A stretch of DNA of 64,000 nucleotides, from assembly GCA_900546515.1 (NCBI GenBank), contig URDG01000001.1:111049-175048 (forward strand), read 5' to 3'. The position numbers and the translations under genes are program-made. Numbering within the stretch: the stretch's first letter is position 1; every line of letters starts with the position of its first letter. This DNA is from an uncultured Eubacteriales bacterium. Lineage in GTDB: Bacteria > Bacillota > Clostridia > Oscillospirales > Oscillospiraceae. Below the pieces are notes generated by a model. The model had not been told where the DNA came from, ran no database searches, and saw only the letters and a list, made by a program, of their open reading frames with translations. Positions 26,395 through 34,934 of this stretch are shown in pieces.

Positions 26395-27873
26395 TCAGAG
26401 CAAGATACAGATAAGCCCACCGCTTCCCTCATTTATTATCCGCTGTAAGGTCTCCTGAAGCTTTGTCTTTGCGCTGTCCGGCAGTGCTTCTATCTTGTTT
26501 GTCAGCCCCTCCTCCGCAATATCGTTCAACGATTTGCCGAATATATTGGACTGCCATATACGATTGACATCGCCGTCAAAGCCTTGGAGCAGGAAATTTA
26601 TTATATCTTCTGACGCCGATTCACCGCCTATTGCCGGCGTTACCTCTGTCTCTACATTTGTCATGAGCATATGTATTGCAGGAGCGCTCGCTTTCAGCTT
26701 TACACTGTATTTTCCGCCCTGACGTACTATCTGCGGCTCTTCGAGATGCATTTGCGCCGAGTCGGGCATAACAACGCCGTAGCCCTTGGTCCGCACGTCT
26801 TCAAGCGCAGCCCGCAGCTTGTCGTAATCGAGTTTTACCGCGCTCATTTCCGCAAGCGTGGAAATAAGGTCACCGTCATTTTTGACCTCAATTCCTGTCT
26901 GTTCACTTATTGTCTTATAATACAGGCCGCGCGGCAGCTGCACCGAGACCGTGACAGCACCTGTGCCGAGATCACTCTTCTGAATTTTTACGCTGCTGAT
27001 ATTTTCAAGTTCGGAAAGCTTTTCGGCCGCCGCATAGCAGTCCTTGATTTTTGCCGCTCCTTCGCTGCTTGCAAGGATTCCGGCAAACATATCGGCTTTC
27101 AGCTCATTGCCGTCCGGCAGCGCGTCAAGCCACTCCGGCAGGAAAAATCCGATGGAACGCAGCGGAAATTCCTCCAGAACCGAGTGCATTATATCCGCGA
27201 TGACCGCTTCATCAAGCTCAAGGCAGTTTACCGGCATGCATTTCACACCGTACTGCGAAGAAATCTCTGCTGCAAGCTGCTGCGTATCTTCTGACTGCGG
27301 CTCCGCGCTGTTGAGCAGCACCACGAACGGCTTGCCGATGGATTGAAGCTCTGTAATGACTCTGGCCTCAGGCGCAACGTATTTTTCGCGCGGTATGTCG
27401 CAGATCGTTCCGTCACATGTGACAACAATGCCTATTGTCGAGTGCTCAGCGATAACCTTGTGCGTCCCCTTTTCAGCAGCGTCAGTCATGGTCACCTCAT
27501 GGTCAAACCACGGTGTTGTAACAAGGCGCTCGACTCCTTCCTCAAATTGCCCCGCTGCGCCGTCCACCATGTAGCCAACGCAGTCGACAAGGCGCACGGA
27601 GAGCTCCGTATTATCCGCAATGTTTATCGTAACGGCATCTTCCGGTACAAACTTTGGTTCTGCCGTCATTATCGTCCTGCCGGAGCCGCTCTGCGGCAGC
27701 TCATCCTTCGCACGCTCCCGCATATAGGTGTTGTCTATCTGCGGAATGACCAGCTTCTCCATAAAGCGTTTGATAAACGTGGATTTACCTGTCCGCACCG
27801 GCCCAACGACGCCGAGCATGAAAGCTCCGTTCGTGCGTGCCGCAATATCCCGATATATATTCGTATCAGTCAT
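26395..27873 (-). CDS. spoIVA: Stage IV sporulation protein A
   Basis: IYRDIAARTNGAFMLGVVGPVRTGKSTFIKRFME is the hallmark SpoIVA Walker A region. The protein is 492 aa after trimming to the Met preceded by GGAGG. Confidence 0.93.
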   Translation of the reverse strand: MTDTNIYRDIAARTNGAFMLGVVGPVRTGKSTFIKRFMEKLVIPQIDNTYMRERAKDELPQSGSGRTIMTAEPKFVPEDAVTINIADNTELSVRLVDCVGYMVDGAAGQFEEGVERLVTTPWFDHEVTMTDAAEKGTHKVIAEHSTIGIVVTCDGTICDIPREKYVAPEARVITELQSIGKPFVVLLNSAEPQSEDTQQLAAEISSQYGVKCMPVNCLELDEAVIADIMHSVLEEFPLRSIGFFLPEWLDALPDGNELKADMFAGILASSEGAAKIKDCYAAAEKLSELENISSVKIQKSDLGTGAVTVSVQLPRGLYYKTISEQTGIEVKNDGDLISTLAEMSAVKLDYDKLRAALEDVRTKGYGVVMPDSAQMHLEEPQIVRQGGKYSVKLKASAPAIHMLMTNVETEVTPAIGGESASEDIINFLLQGFDGDVNRIWQSNIFGKSLNDIAEEGLTNKIEALPDSAKTKLQETLQRIINEGSGGLICILL

Positions 27874-27909
27874 AATAAAAGCCTCCGCTCTCATGTTCTC
27901 GTTTGTACG

Positions 27910-27938
27910 AGTCTATGAGCCCGGAGGCTGAAATATGC
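27910..27938 (-). promoter_or_regulatory. Sigma-E-type sporulation promoter candidate for spoIVA
   Basis: Minus strand: GCATATT (27932-27938), 14-nt spacer, CATAGACT (27910-27917). Compare the B. subtilis sigma-E consensus ZHATAxx-N14-CATACAHT. Confidence 0.5.
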
Positions 27939-27943
27939 ACAAG

Positions 27944-28696
27944 CTATATGAATGAGATCACCTGTCCGTGGCGGGCGGAAACAGTAAAGCACACGTCCGG
28001 AAATTCATGCCGGAGTTTTTCGCAAAGCGAAGGTATCACCGGATTTTCGGTGCAGAAATGATCGCCGTCGATCAGATTGATCCCAAGCTCTTTTGCTTCA
28101 AGGAACTGATGGTACTTAATATCTGCCGTGACATAGGTGTCGCAGCCCTTTTCGACCGCACATCCTATATAGTCGCCGCCTGAGCCGCCCATCACAGCCA
28201 GCCGTTTCACAGGCCGTCCAGCATCATAATAACGCAGTCCTTTGGAATCCAACGCAGTCTTGCAGAAGCGCAGGAAGCTATCAAACTGCTGCGCCTCGGG
28301 CAGCTCCCCTACCCGTCCGCAATTATCCGGGTCAAGCGGGCCGTCCGCTCTGGCTCCAAGAAGCGTTATAAGCACATCGTTCACACCGCCGGCGGCTATA
28401 TCAAGATTCGTATGCATGGATATGACGGCGATTCTGTTCTCGGCAAGCCTCAGGAGCTTTGTATCCATTATGCTTCGGAGCTTGCTGAATATGAGCGGGT
28501 GGTGTGAAATGATAAGCTGTGCGCCAAGCTCGATAGCCTCGCCGACGACTTCTTCTGTCACATCAAGCGCCAGCAGCGCCCTATTTACCTCTGCATCAAG
28601 CCGTCCCAGCTGAAATCCGGAATTATCAAAATCCATCTGAAGCTCAAGCGGAGCGAGCTCTTTCAGATAATCGTAAATCTCCCCTGCTCTTCTCAT
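27944..28696 (-). CDS. Nif3-like dinuclear metal center protein
   Basis: 250 aa with GAQLIISHHPLIF and ISMHTNLD motifs. It overlaps the trmK stop, matching the conserved trmK-nif3 pair. Confidence 0.85.
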   Translation of the reverse strand: MRRAGEIYDYLKELAPLELQMDFDNSGFQLGRLDAEVNRALLALDVTEEVVGEAIELGAQLIISHHPLIFSKLRSIMDTKLLRLAENRIAVISMHTNLDIAAGGVNDVLITLLGARADGPLDPDNCGRVGELPEAQQFDSFLRFCKTALDSKGLRYYDAGRPVKRLAVMGGSGGDYIGCAVEKGCDTYVTADIKYHQFLEAKELGINLIDGDHFCTENPVIPSLCEKLRHEFPDVCFTVSARHGQVISFI

Positions 28697-29382
28697 TTGT
28701 ACTCACCTTCACCGTCTCTCATTTTATAAAGCTGGCCAAGTATTCTGCGGTTGACGTTCAGCCAACCGACGGCTCCACGCGCCCGGTCCATGCCGTCTAC
28801 GGCTTTTTCAAAGCGCTTGATAAGCGATTCCAGCTGCTCATCGAAAAGCTCATTTTTTACCGCAAGCTTATATTCACCGGTGAAAAGCTCCGCATCCGTC
28901 AGAGGAGTATTTCCTCCGAAGCGCGCACCTATTATTTGATACCGTTCGCCGGCATCGCGCACTATCTTCTCGTCGGTTATTCCGAACTCGTTGTTTGTGA
29001 GCCAGTACCTGAGCACCTCGGCCTTTGTCATCGGCTGTAGGATCAGCAGGAACTTTTCATCCATGCACCATTCAGCACGGTCGAGTATGCCGCATATCGT
29101 GTCTCCGCCCATACCGGCAATGACGATAGTATCTATATCATCCCTGCTGCAGCCGTCGAGCCCGTCGCACAGCCGGAAGCTTATACGCTCTTCAACACCG
29201 CTTTCGCGCGCAGAGGCAACAGCAGTATGCAGCGGGCCGGGGCGTATGTCGGACGCAATGATATTTCCGCTGTAGCCATGCAGCGCCATATATACCGGCA
29301 GATAGCCATGATCCGTGCCGACGTCGGAAAAACCTTCGCCGTCAGGGATCATTGAAGAGATCAGTTCAAGGCGTTTATTCAT
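28693..29382 (-). CDS. trmK: tRNA (adenine22-N1)-methyltransferase TrmK
   Basis: RLELISSMIP...DVGTDHGYLP...IAGMGG pattern, with synteny to the Nif3 family gene. Confidence 0.85.
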   Translation of the reverse strand: MNKRLELISSMIPDGEGFSDVGTDHGYLPVYMALHGYSGNIIASDIRPGPLHTAVASARESGVEERISFRLCDGLDGCSRDDIDTIVIAGMGGDTICGILDRAEWCMDEKFLLILQPMTKAEVLRYWLTNNEFGITDEKIVRDAGERYQIIGARFGGNTPLTDAELFTGEYKLAVKNELFDEQLESLIKRFEKAVDGMDRARGAVGWLNVNRRILGQLYKMRDGEGEYK

Positions 29383-29410
29383 CTGATACGCTCCGTAATA
29401 AAAGTAAAAT

Positions 29411-29435
29411 AAAAGCCGGAGCTAGTCCGGCTTTT
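29411..29435. terminator. Hairpin terminator between the DUF1858 gene and trmK
   Basis: AAAAGCCGGA-gctag-TCCGGCTTTT, flanked by A/T runs on both strands. Confidence 0.75.
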
Positions 29436-29456
29436 CAGTGACTGAATAAAGTCAAA

Positions 29457-29666
29457 TCAAAGGGTCTCAAGATATGCCTTGAGGCTGACAAGGAACTCGT
29501 CGGGATCGACGCCGTGTGCAGCGCAGGCCTCTTCAAGGGATTCACCGCTTGCAAGTGCGCAGCCCATGCAGTGCATACCGATGGCCTGGAATGCGGGCAT
29601 TGCCTCAGGGCAGTTGTTGACGATCTCAGAAATTAAAGTCTCTCTCGTGATTTCCATAGCTTTCAC
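29457..29666 (-). CDS. DUF1858 / hybrid-cluster-associated redox disulfide domain protein
   Basis: 69 aa. The GMHCMGCALA CxxC motif and overall pattern are typical of this small family. Confidence 0.7.
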   Translation of the reverse strand: MKAMEITRETLISEIVNNCPEAMPAFQAIGMHCMGCALASGESLEEACAAHGVDPDEFLVSLKAYLETL

Positions 29667-29684
29667 CTTTCAAAAAAACTTCAG

Positions 29685-29721
29685 AATAGATAAAGATTGG
29701 GACGCCGCAGCGCCCCAATCT
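29685..29721 (-). terminator. Hairpin terminator after the zinc-ribbon gene
   Basis: AGATTGGG..CGC (29694-29705) pairs with GCG..CCCAATCT (29710-29721). The minus strand continues with UUAUCUAUU. Confidence 0.6.
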
Positions 29722-29735
29722 CTTTGTCAGGCGAA

Positions 29736-30014
29736 TCAGGCCTGCTCTCTCATCTTAGCAAAGCACTCGCTGCAGTATACAGGACGATCGGACTTGGGCT
29801 CAAAGGGAACCTTTGCCTCTCCGCCGCATGCGGCGCAGACTGCGGTGTAGAACTCACGAGGTCCACGGGCAGCGTTCTTGCGAGCGTCGCGGCATGCCTT
29901 GCAGCGCTGGGGCTCATTCTGGAAGCCGCGCTCTGCGTAGAACTCCTGCTCACCTGCGGTGAAAACGAACTCCTTACCACACTCTTTGCAAACTAAGGTC
30001 TTGTCTTCGTACAT
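29736..30014 (-). CDS. Small zinc-ribbon protein (CxxC pairs)
   Basis: 92 aa with CKECG...CKACR and CAACG...CSEC pairs. The FVFTAGEQEFYAERGF block is typical of a widespread zinc-ribbon family. RBS AGAGAGGA. Confidence 0.75.
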   Translation of the reverse strand: MYEDKTLVCKECGKEFVFTAGEQEFYAERGFQNEPQRCKACRDARKNAARGPREFYTAVCAACGGEAKVPFEPKSDRPVYCSECFAKMREQA

Positions 30015-30394
30015 TTCGAATCCTCTCTTTTGATAAATGTGCCGTAATTGGCTGTATTTGCGAACAGCTCTTCACTGTTGTCGCTGAAATAAAATGCTCC
30101 GCACAGGAGTACACAGATCTCGAAGCCTGTCATGTATGACACTGCGCGCAATCCGCGCGTATCGTGCGAATATTATTATCTGTTCAAGTGCTGACGGGCT
30201 CCAAGAAATCGCATCGTAGCTTCCATGCTCTCCGGGCAGAACCAAAGCCACGCAAAAGCGTTAACCGTAGTAATAAGCCGATAACCAAAAGAGGGTATCC
30301 GAGAGTTGCTCAACACACAAATGAGCGGGAAATGCAATACGGGAGATGCGGGGTTACTTAGTAAACGAATACAAAATTTACCTTAAACCATTAC
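30015..30394 (-). other. About 380-nt untranslated leader or independent ncRNA candidate
   Basis: I found no credible ORF with an RBS on either strand. A near-consensus promoter lies at its 5' end, and several local hairpins are present, for example GCGCG-cggatt-GCGCGC around 30142-30165. Confidence 0.35.
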
Positions 30395-30401
30395 ACCTAA
30401 T

Positions 30402-30429
30402 ATTATACAACAACAGCACTCAAAGTCAA
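30402..30429 (-). promoter_or_regulatory. Near-consensus sigma-A promoter downstream of ruvB
   Basis: Minus strand: TTGACT (30424-30429), 16-nt spacer, TATAAT (30402-30407). Confidence 0.5.
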
Positions 30430-30493
30430 CAATTTTTTTACTTAGAAATCGAAAAAATTTACTATAATGCCAGATTGCCCAAAAATACGGTCG

Positions 30494-31534
30494 TCACAGA
30501 TCTATCTGCTGCTGGCCAATATACTCTATTCCGAGATGCTCATATGCCTTGCGCGTAACACAACGGCCGCGCGGTGTGCGTGTGAGAAAGCCTTTTTGCA
30601 GCAGATAGGGCTCGTAGACGTCTTCGATTGTGACTGAGTCCTCATTTATAGTGGCTGCCAGCGTCTCAAGCCCTACCGGCCCGCCGTTATAATATTCAAT
30701 GATGCTTCTGAGCATGCGTCTGTCAAGCGCGTCAAGCCCGAGCTCATCAACTTCCAGTCCCTTCAGCGCTCTGTTTGCAACATCCTTTGTTATAACACCG
30801 CCGGCCATGACCTGAGCATAATCCCTTACGCGCCGCAGCAGGCGGTTAGCGATACGCGGTGTTCCGCGTGAACGGGATGCGATCTCATACGCGCCATCAG
30901 GCTCAATAGCCACATTAAGAATACCGGCTGAACGCACAACAATGCGCTTGAGCTCTTCGGAGGAATAAAGCTCAAGCCGCAGGGTCACCCCGAAACGATC
31001 ACGCAGCGGTGCTGTGAGCTGTCCTGAGCGTGTCGTCGCGCCGATAAGCGTGAAATGCGGCAGATCAAGATGGATAGAGTTTGCCGAAGGGCCCTTGCCG
31101 AGAATAATGTCAATGGCATAGTCTTCCATTGCGGGATACAGTATTTCCTCATACGCACGATTGAGCCGGTGTATCTCGTCAACAAACAAGATGTCGCCTT
31201 CATTGAGATTTGTGAGCATTGCCACAAGATCACCGGGCTTCTCTATCGCCGGTCCAGAGGTTATGCGCATATTCACGCCCATCTCGTTTGCAATGACCGC
31301 CGCCAGCGTTGTCTTGCCCAGTCCCGGGGGGCCGTGGAGAAGAACGTGGTCAAGCGGCTCATTGCGCATTTTTGCTGCATTTATAAAAATATAGAGATTA
31401 TCTTTCGCTTTTTCCTGTCCTATGTACTCGGCTATAGTTTTGGGGCGCAAAGAACCCTCCGCCCTGTCCTCAGGCAGACTTGCAGCGGTGGTTATTATTT
31501 CTTCATTCGCGTCCTCTGAAAAATTGATACTCAT
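30494..31534 (-). CDS. ruvB: Holliday junction branch migration helicase RuvB
   Basis: [29 protein letters not shown] and the arginine-finger region PLRDRFG are present. Confidence 0.95.
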   Translation of the reverse strand: MSINFSEDANEEIITTAASLPEDRAEGSLRPKTIAEYIGQEKAKDNLYIFINAAKMRNEPLDHVLLHGPPGLGKTTLAAVIANEMGVNMRITSGPAIEKPGDLVAMLTNLNEGDILFVDEIHRLNRAYEEILYPAMEDYAIDIILGKGPSANSIHLDLPHFTLIGATTRSGQLTAPLRDRFGVTLRLELYSSEELKRIVVRSAGILNVAIEPDGAYEIASRSRGTPRIANRLLRRVRDYAQVMAGGVITKDVANRALKGLEVDELGLDALDRRMLRSIIEYYNGGPVGLETLAATINEDSVTIEDVYEPYLLQKGFLTRTPRGRCVTRKAYEHLGIEYIGQQQIDL

Positions 31535-31547
31535 CTTATACTCCCGC

Positions 31548-32153
31548 TTATTTTACCATGTGTTTGAGAACAGCCTTTATTATCTTCTCCGCAGACATTT
31601 CGTTTATATCGATATTTCTGAGCACCGGTGAAATTTCAGACGTGCTGTATCCGAGCATGGCAAGTGCCGTCAATGCATCGTTTACGGGGCCGCTATCCGC
31701 AGTGCTGGCCGCATACTGAACTGCCGGTAAGCCGGACTCCTGCCCGCCCATTTCTTTTTTCAGCTTGTCCTTGAGCTCAAGAATGACGCGCTGCGCTATT
31801 TTTTTACCTACCCCCGGCGCGACGGTCAGCGCCTTCTCGTCGTTATTCATCACAGCAAGCGCCAGTCCCTCCGGAGTGTTGTACGAGAGAATGGACAGCG
31901 CCGCCTTGGGACCGATACCGGACACGGAAACCAGCATTTCAAAGCATCTGCGCTCACTTTTGCCGGCAAAACCATACAGGTCAAAATTATTGTCCCCTAT
32001 TGCCTCGGAGACATAAAGCTTTGACCTTTCGCCGAGCTTAAGAGATGTCAGTGTATTTGCCGTTACATTAAGCCCAAATCCGACGCCGCAGCAGTCGATT
32101 ACAGCAAAATTTTGTTCGAGCTCAGCGACTTTGCCTTCTATATGGTGGAACAT
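31548..32153 (-). CDS. ruvA: Holliday junction DNA-binding protein RuvA
   Basis: MFHHIEGKV..., HhH motifs ([13 protein letters not shown] and [11 protein letters not shown]), position upstream of ruvB. Confidence 0.93.
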   Translation of the reverse strand: MFHHIEGKVAELEQNFAVIDCCGVGFGLNVTANTLTSLKLGERSKLYVSEAIGDNNFDLYGFAGKSERRCFEMLVSVSGIGPKAALSILSYNTPEGLALAVMNNDEKALTVAPGVGKKIAQRVILELKDKLKKEMGGQESGLPAVQYAASTADSGPVNDALTALAMLGYSTSEISPVLRNIDINEMSAEKIIKAVLKHMVK

Positions 32154-32650
32154 TCGTCTCTTTCTCCCTTATAAAGTAATGATGTTGAACTTCTGGCATG
32201 GCACAGAGCCAGAGCCACGGCATCGGCCGCATCATCCGGTCTCGGCGGGGCAGGCAGCGAGCATATACGCTTGACCATATCCATTACCTGCTTCTTCTCC
32301 GCTCTTCCATAGCCCACAACGGCCTGTTTGACCTGCAGCGGAGTATATTCGAAAATATCGACGCCGGCCTTCCTGCATGCGAGAAGTATGACTCCCCTGC
32401 CGTGCGCCACGGCAATGCCGGTAGTTATATTCGTATTGAAAAAAAGTTCTTCGATTGAAACCGCGTCCGGCTTGAAAATCTCCAGCAGGCTGCACATATC
32501 ATCGTAGATCTGCTCAAGCCGTGATGAGAGGCTTGTGTGCGCAGGCGTGGTTATCACTCCGCATTTCAGGAGTTTATAATCCCGGTTTGATGAATCGACA
32601 ACGCCAAAGCCTATCGTAGCAATGCCGGGGTCAATGCCCAGAATCCGCAT
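32138..32650 (-). CDS. ruvC: Crossover junction endodeoxyribonuclease RuvC
   Basis: MRILGIDPG...EELFF...DAADAVALALCH catalytic acidic pattern. It overlaps the ruvA start. Confidence 0.93.
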   Translation of the reverse strand: MRILGIDPGIATIGFGVVDSSNRDYKLLKCGVITTPAHTSLSSRLEQIYDDMCSLLEIFKPDAVSIEELFFNTNITTGIAVAHGRGVILLACRKAGVDIFEYTPLQVKQAVVGYGRAEKKQVMDMVKRICSLPAPPRPDDAADAVALALCHARSSTSLLYKGERDECSTI

Positions 32651-32706
32651 TAAATCACATCCTTAGTGAATTTTAGCATAATTTCCGGCCAATAGCAACT
32701 CAAAAT

Positions 32707-32737
32707 GAAAAACCGGCGTATTGTACGCCGGTTTTTC
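32707..32737. terminator. Bidirectional hairpin terminator after xerD
   Basis: GAAAAACCGGCGTA (32707-32720) pairs with TACGCCGGTTTTTC (32724-32737). Confidence 0.8.
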
Positions 32738-32770
32738 ATGGAGGAGGAAAAGTAGATGTATTATTAAGGA

Positions 32771-33661
32771 TCATGCTCTTGGATGCGCTTTGTTATAAAC
32801 GTCCTTGAGCTGTTTTTTGATAAGGTGGGAATAAACCTGCGTGGATGAAATATCTGCGTGACCAAGCATTTCCTGAATTGCATGTATATCTGCGCCGTTT
32901 TCAAGCAGATGGGCGGCAAACGAATGGCGCAGCGTGTGCGGAGTGATGTCCTTTTCTATACCGGCTTTCTTCTGATAGAACTTTATTATCTTCCAGAAGC
33001 CTTGACGTGACATGCGTTCGCCGCTCACATTGACGAACAGTGATTGTTCGTCGGGCGTTGCGATCATCTGGGGCCTGACAAGAGTTATATACTCGCTCAC
33101 AGCTTTCACCGCCGCCGGATACATCGGAATAAAGCGCTCTTTATTTCGGCTCTGGCAGCGGATAACGCCCGCAGTCAGATTCACGTCGGTTATATCAAGA
33201 TCAATAAGCTCAGTTACTCTTATTCCTGTAGCATACAGCAGCTCAAGCATGGCTTTGTCTCTGTAGCCCTTTGCGTCGATGCACTGCGGCTGATCAAGCA
33301 GGAGCTCAACTTCTTTGCTTGTAAGAATCTGCGGCAGCTTCTGTGTGCTTTTGTCCGGCACGAGCTTCAGCGCCGGGTTTACCTGAAGGATCTGCTTTAT
33401 GCACAAATGCGTGTACAGGCACTTGAGTGAAGCAATGCTTCTTGACACAGTCGCGACAGATTTGCCTGCCGCACGGAGATAATCAATATAATCTCCGACT
33501 TCTTCATCTGTCGCTGTCGCAATTGTCGCATCCGTGTGAGTATCGAGATATTCGCAGAATTGACGGATGTCACGAAGATATGAACTGAGGGTGTTAGCAG
33601 ACGCCTTTTTGTCCTCTGTCAGGTATTTCTGGAATATTTCAATGATCTCTGCGTTCTGCAT
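32771..33661 (-). CDS. xerD: Tyrosine recombinase XerD-like
   Basis: N-terminal SAM-like domain (YLRDIRQFCEYL). Catalytic residues appear in GIRVTEL...HTLRHSFAAHLL...LGHADISSTQVYSH. The start is trimmed to MQNAEII... Confidence 0.85.
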   Translation of the reverse strand: MQNAEIIEIFQKYLTEDKKASANTLSSYLRDIRQFCEYLDTHTDATIATATDEEVGDYIDYLRAAGKSVATVSRSIASLKCLYTHLCIKQILQVNPALKLVPDKSTQKLPQILTSKEVELLLDQPQCIDAKGYRDKAMLELLYATGIRVTELIDLDITDVNLTAGVIRCQSRNKERFIPMYPAAVKAVSEYITLVRPQMIATPDEQSLFVNVSGERMSRQGFWKIIKFYQKKAGIEKDITPHTLRHSFAAHLLENGADIHAIQEMLGHADISSTQVYSHLIKKQLKDVYNKAHPRA

Positions 33662-33800
33662 TATAAATGCCCTCTCTAAAAAAAGATTTGATTTATATAA
33701 AAGCATTTACCGCAACCGGATTATGTATAAGATCTTATGCTGCGGAATGCCGGATTTACTGCGTTTTTTCGCTGCCCTATGCTCTGAAAAATAAATTTTC

Positions 33801-34021
33801 AATTAACATAACTGTTCACTGGTAACAATATATTACACCGCAGTAAAAAAATCAAGTCTTTTTTTACTTTTTTGCAAAATATTTTTTCTTTATGTTAACT
33901 CTTGTTTCTTGCAAGACGCTAATATTAGTGGTCATTTGATTCTAACAAGGCTAAAAGCACAATATATAGCTAAAAAATAATTTCAAAAATAAACAAAATT
34001 ATTTTTGGAATTATGTTAACT
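33801..34021. repeat. Three copies of TTATGTTAA(C/T)T, matching the dif XerD-arm consensus
   Basis: TTATGTTAACT occurs at 33890-33900 (+) and 34011-34021 (+). TTATGTTAATT occurs on the minus strand at 33801-33811. All three lie in the AT-rich 370-nt spacer upstream of xerD. Confidence 0.6.
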
Positions 34022-34033
34022 AAAAGCTCGATG

Positions 34034-34450
34034 TCATCTTCTTCTGCCTGATGCAGTTGATTTGCCCTTTTTTCCGGTTCCCGGGAAAAATACGCTGCCT
34101 GTAAGTCCGCCTGCAAGCGTAAAAGTCACTACGCTCAGAACACCGTCGAGCTCTATATCATTGCCTGCAATAATAAATCCAAGCGTCAACGCAAGTGTTG
34201 TTATGGTAACGCCGGCAACAAGCCCGGTAAAAATTGCACCGCGCTTTCTGATGTGCATTGCTCTTGCCCCAGCAAAAACAGCCGTCATAAAGCTGAGCGC
34301 AGAGCTGATATAGCCTATCGCTTCAGCTTCGGCATTCAGCAGGCTTACGGCAACACTGGCAAGCAGCACCAAAACCGTCGCAGATATGAGCCATGCAGCT
34401 ATTGCGGACACGACAAAGCGGGCATCCGGCGTTTCTATGTGTTTATTCAA
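34034..34450 (-). CDS. Small integral membrane protein, YrzE-like (TIGR04086-type)
   Basis: 138 aa with four hydrophobic spans. The tgt-yajC-yrzE order matches Bacillus synteny. Confidence 0.6.
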   Translation of the reverse strand: MNKHIETPDARFVVSAIAAWLISATVLVLLASVAVSLLNAEAEAIGYISSALSFMTAVFAGARAMHIRKRGAIFTGLVAGVTITTLALTLGFIIAGNDIELDGVLSVVTFTLAGGLTGSVFFPGTGKKGKSTASGRRR

Positions 34451-34502
34451 TAAAACGACCCCCTGTTAATAAGATTTAATACATCCTATTAGCAGGGGGG
34501 TC
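34445..34502 (-). terminator. Hairpin, possibly a partial terminator, between yajC and the membrane protein gene
   Basis: GACCCCCTG (34457-34465) pairs with CAGGGGGTC (34494-34502 region). The minus strand continues with GUUUUAUU. Confidence 0.5.
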
Positions 34503-34526
34503 AATAAATTCAGAATATGAATTTAA

Positions 34527-34868
34527 TTATTTCTTCTTGGACTTGCTTGCTCTGGCCTCGGCTTCAGCCGCTTCCATCTTGGCGGTGGTGGATATAGACC
34601 ACTTCTTGGCCTGAATGCGGACTCTGTCCTCTCCGGTCTCAAAAGTGATGGTGTCTTCGGTGACCTGCACTATCTTGCCGGTCAGACCGCCGATAGTGGT
34701 GATCTCATCGCCGAGGGAAAGAGAATTGCGCATCTCTTCCGTCTTTTTCTTTTTCTTATTCTCGGGACGGATTATAAGAAAATAGAAAATGGCGAACATC
34801 AGTACGAGCATTACGATCATAGAACCGCTGCCGCTCGCTGCGCTTGCATCTGCTGTGAGAAATAACAT
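34527..34868 (-). CDS. yajC: Preprotein translocase subunit YajC
   Basis: A single N-terminal TM span, then RPENKKKKK...GDEITTIGGLTGKIVQV, typical of YajC. Confidence 0.85.
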   Translation of the reverse strand: MLFLTADASAASGSGSMIVMLVLMFAIFYFLIIRPENKKKKKTEEMRNSLSLGDEITTIGGLTGKIVQVTEDTITFETGEDRVRIQAKKWSISTTAKMEAAEAEARASKSKKK

Positions 34869-34934
34869 TTAGGGTATACCTCCAAAAAACAAAGTATTTA
34901 TATTATACATGCATAATATGACAAATTCAAGATT

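Noticed and set aside
30011-30030. A TTCGAATCC string resembling a tRNA T-loop.
   Set aside because: No acceptor, D or anticodon arms can be drawn around it. It is the reverse complement of the RBS and start region of the zinc-ribbon gene.
29972-30133. A 53-codon minus-strand ORF (MTGFEICVLLCGAFYFSDNSEELF...) inside the long spacer, overlapping the zinc-ribbon start.
   Set aside because: It has no Shine-Dalgarno upstream of its ATG, it overlaps the well-supported zinc-ribbon gene out of frame, and the sequence has no recognisable features.
30164-30558. Plus-strand ORFs 30164-30361 (65 aa) and 30346-30558 (70 aa) in the ruvB-proximal spacer.
   Set aside because: They have no RBS. The second runs antisense into the ruvB 3' end. 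The translations are basic and low-complexity, so the region is better treated as non-coding RNA space.
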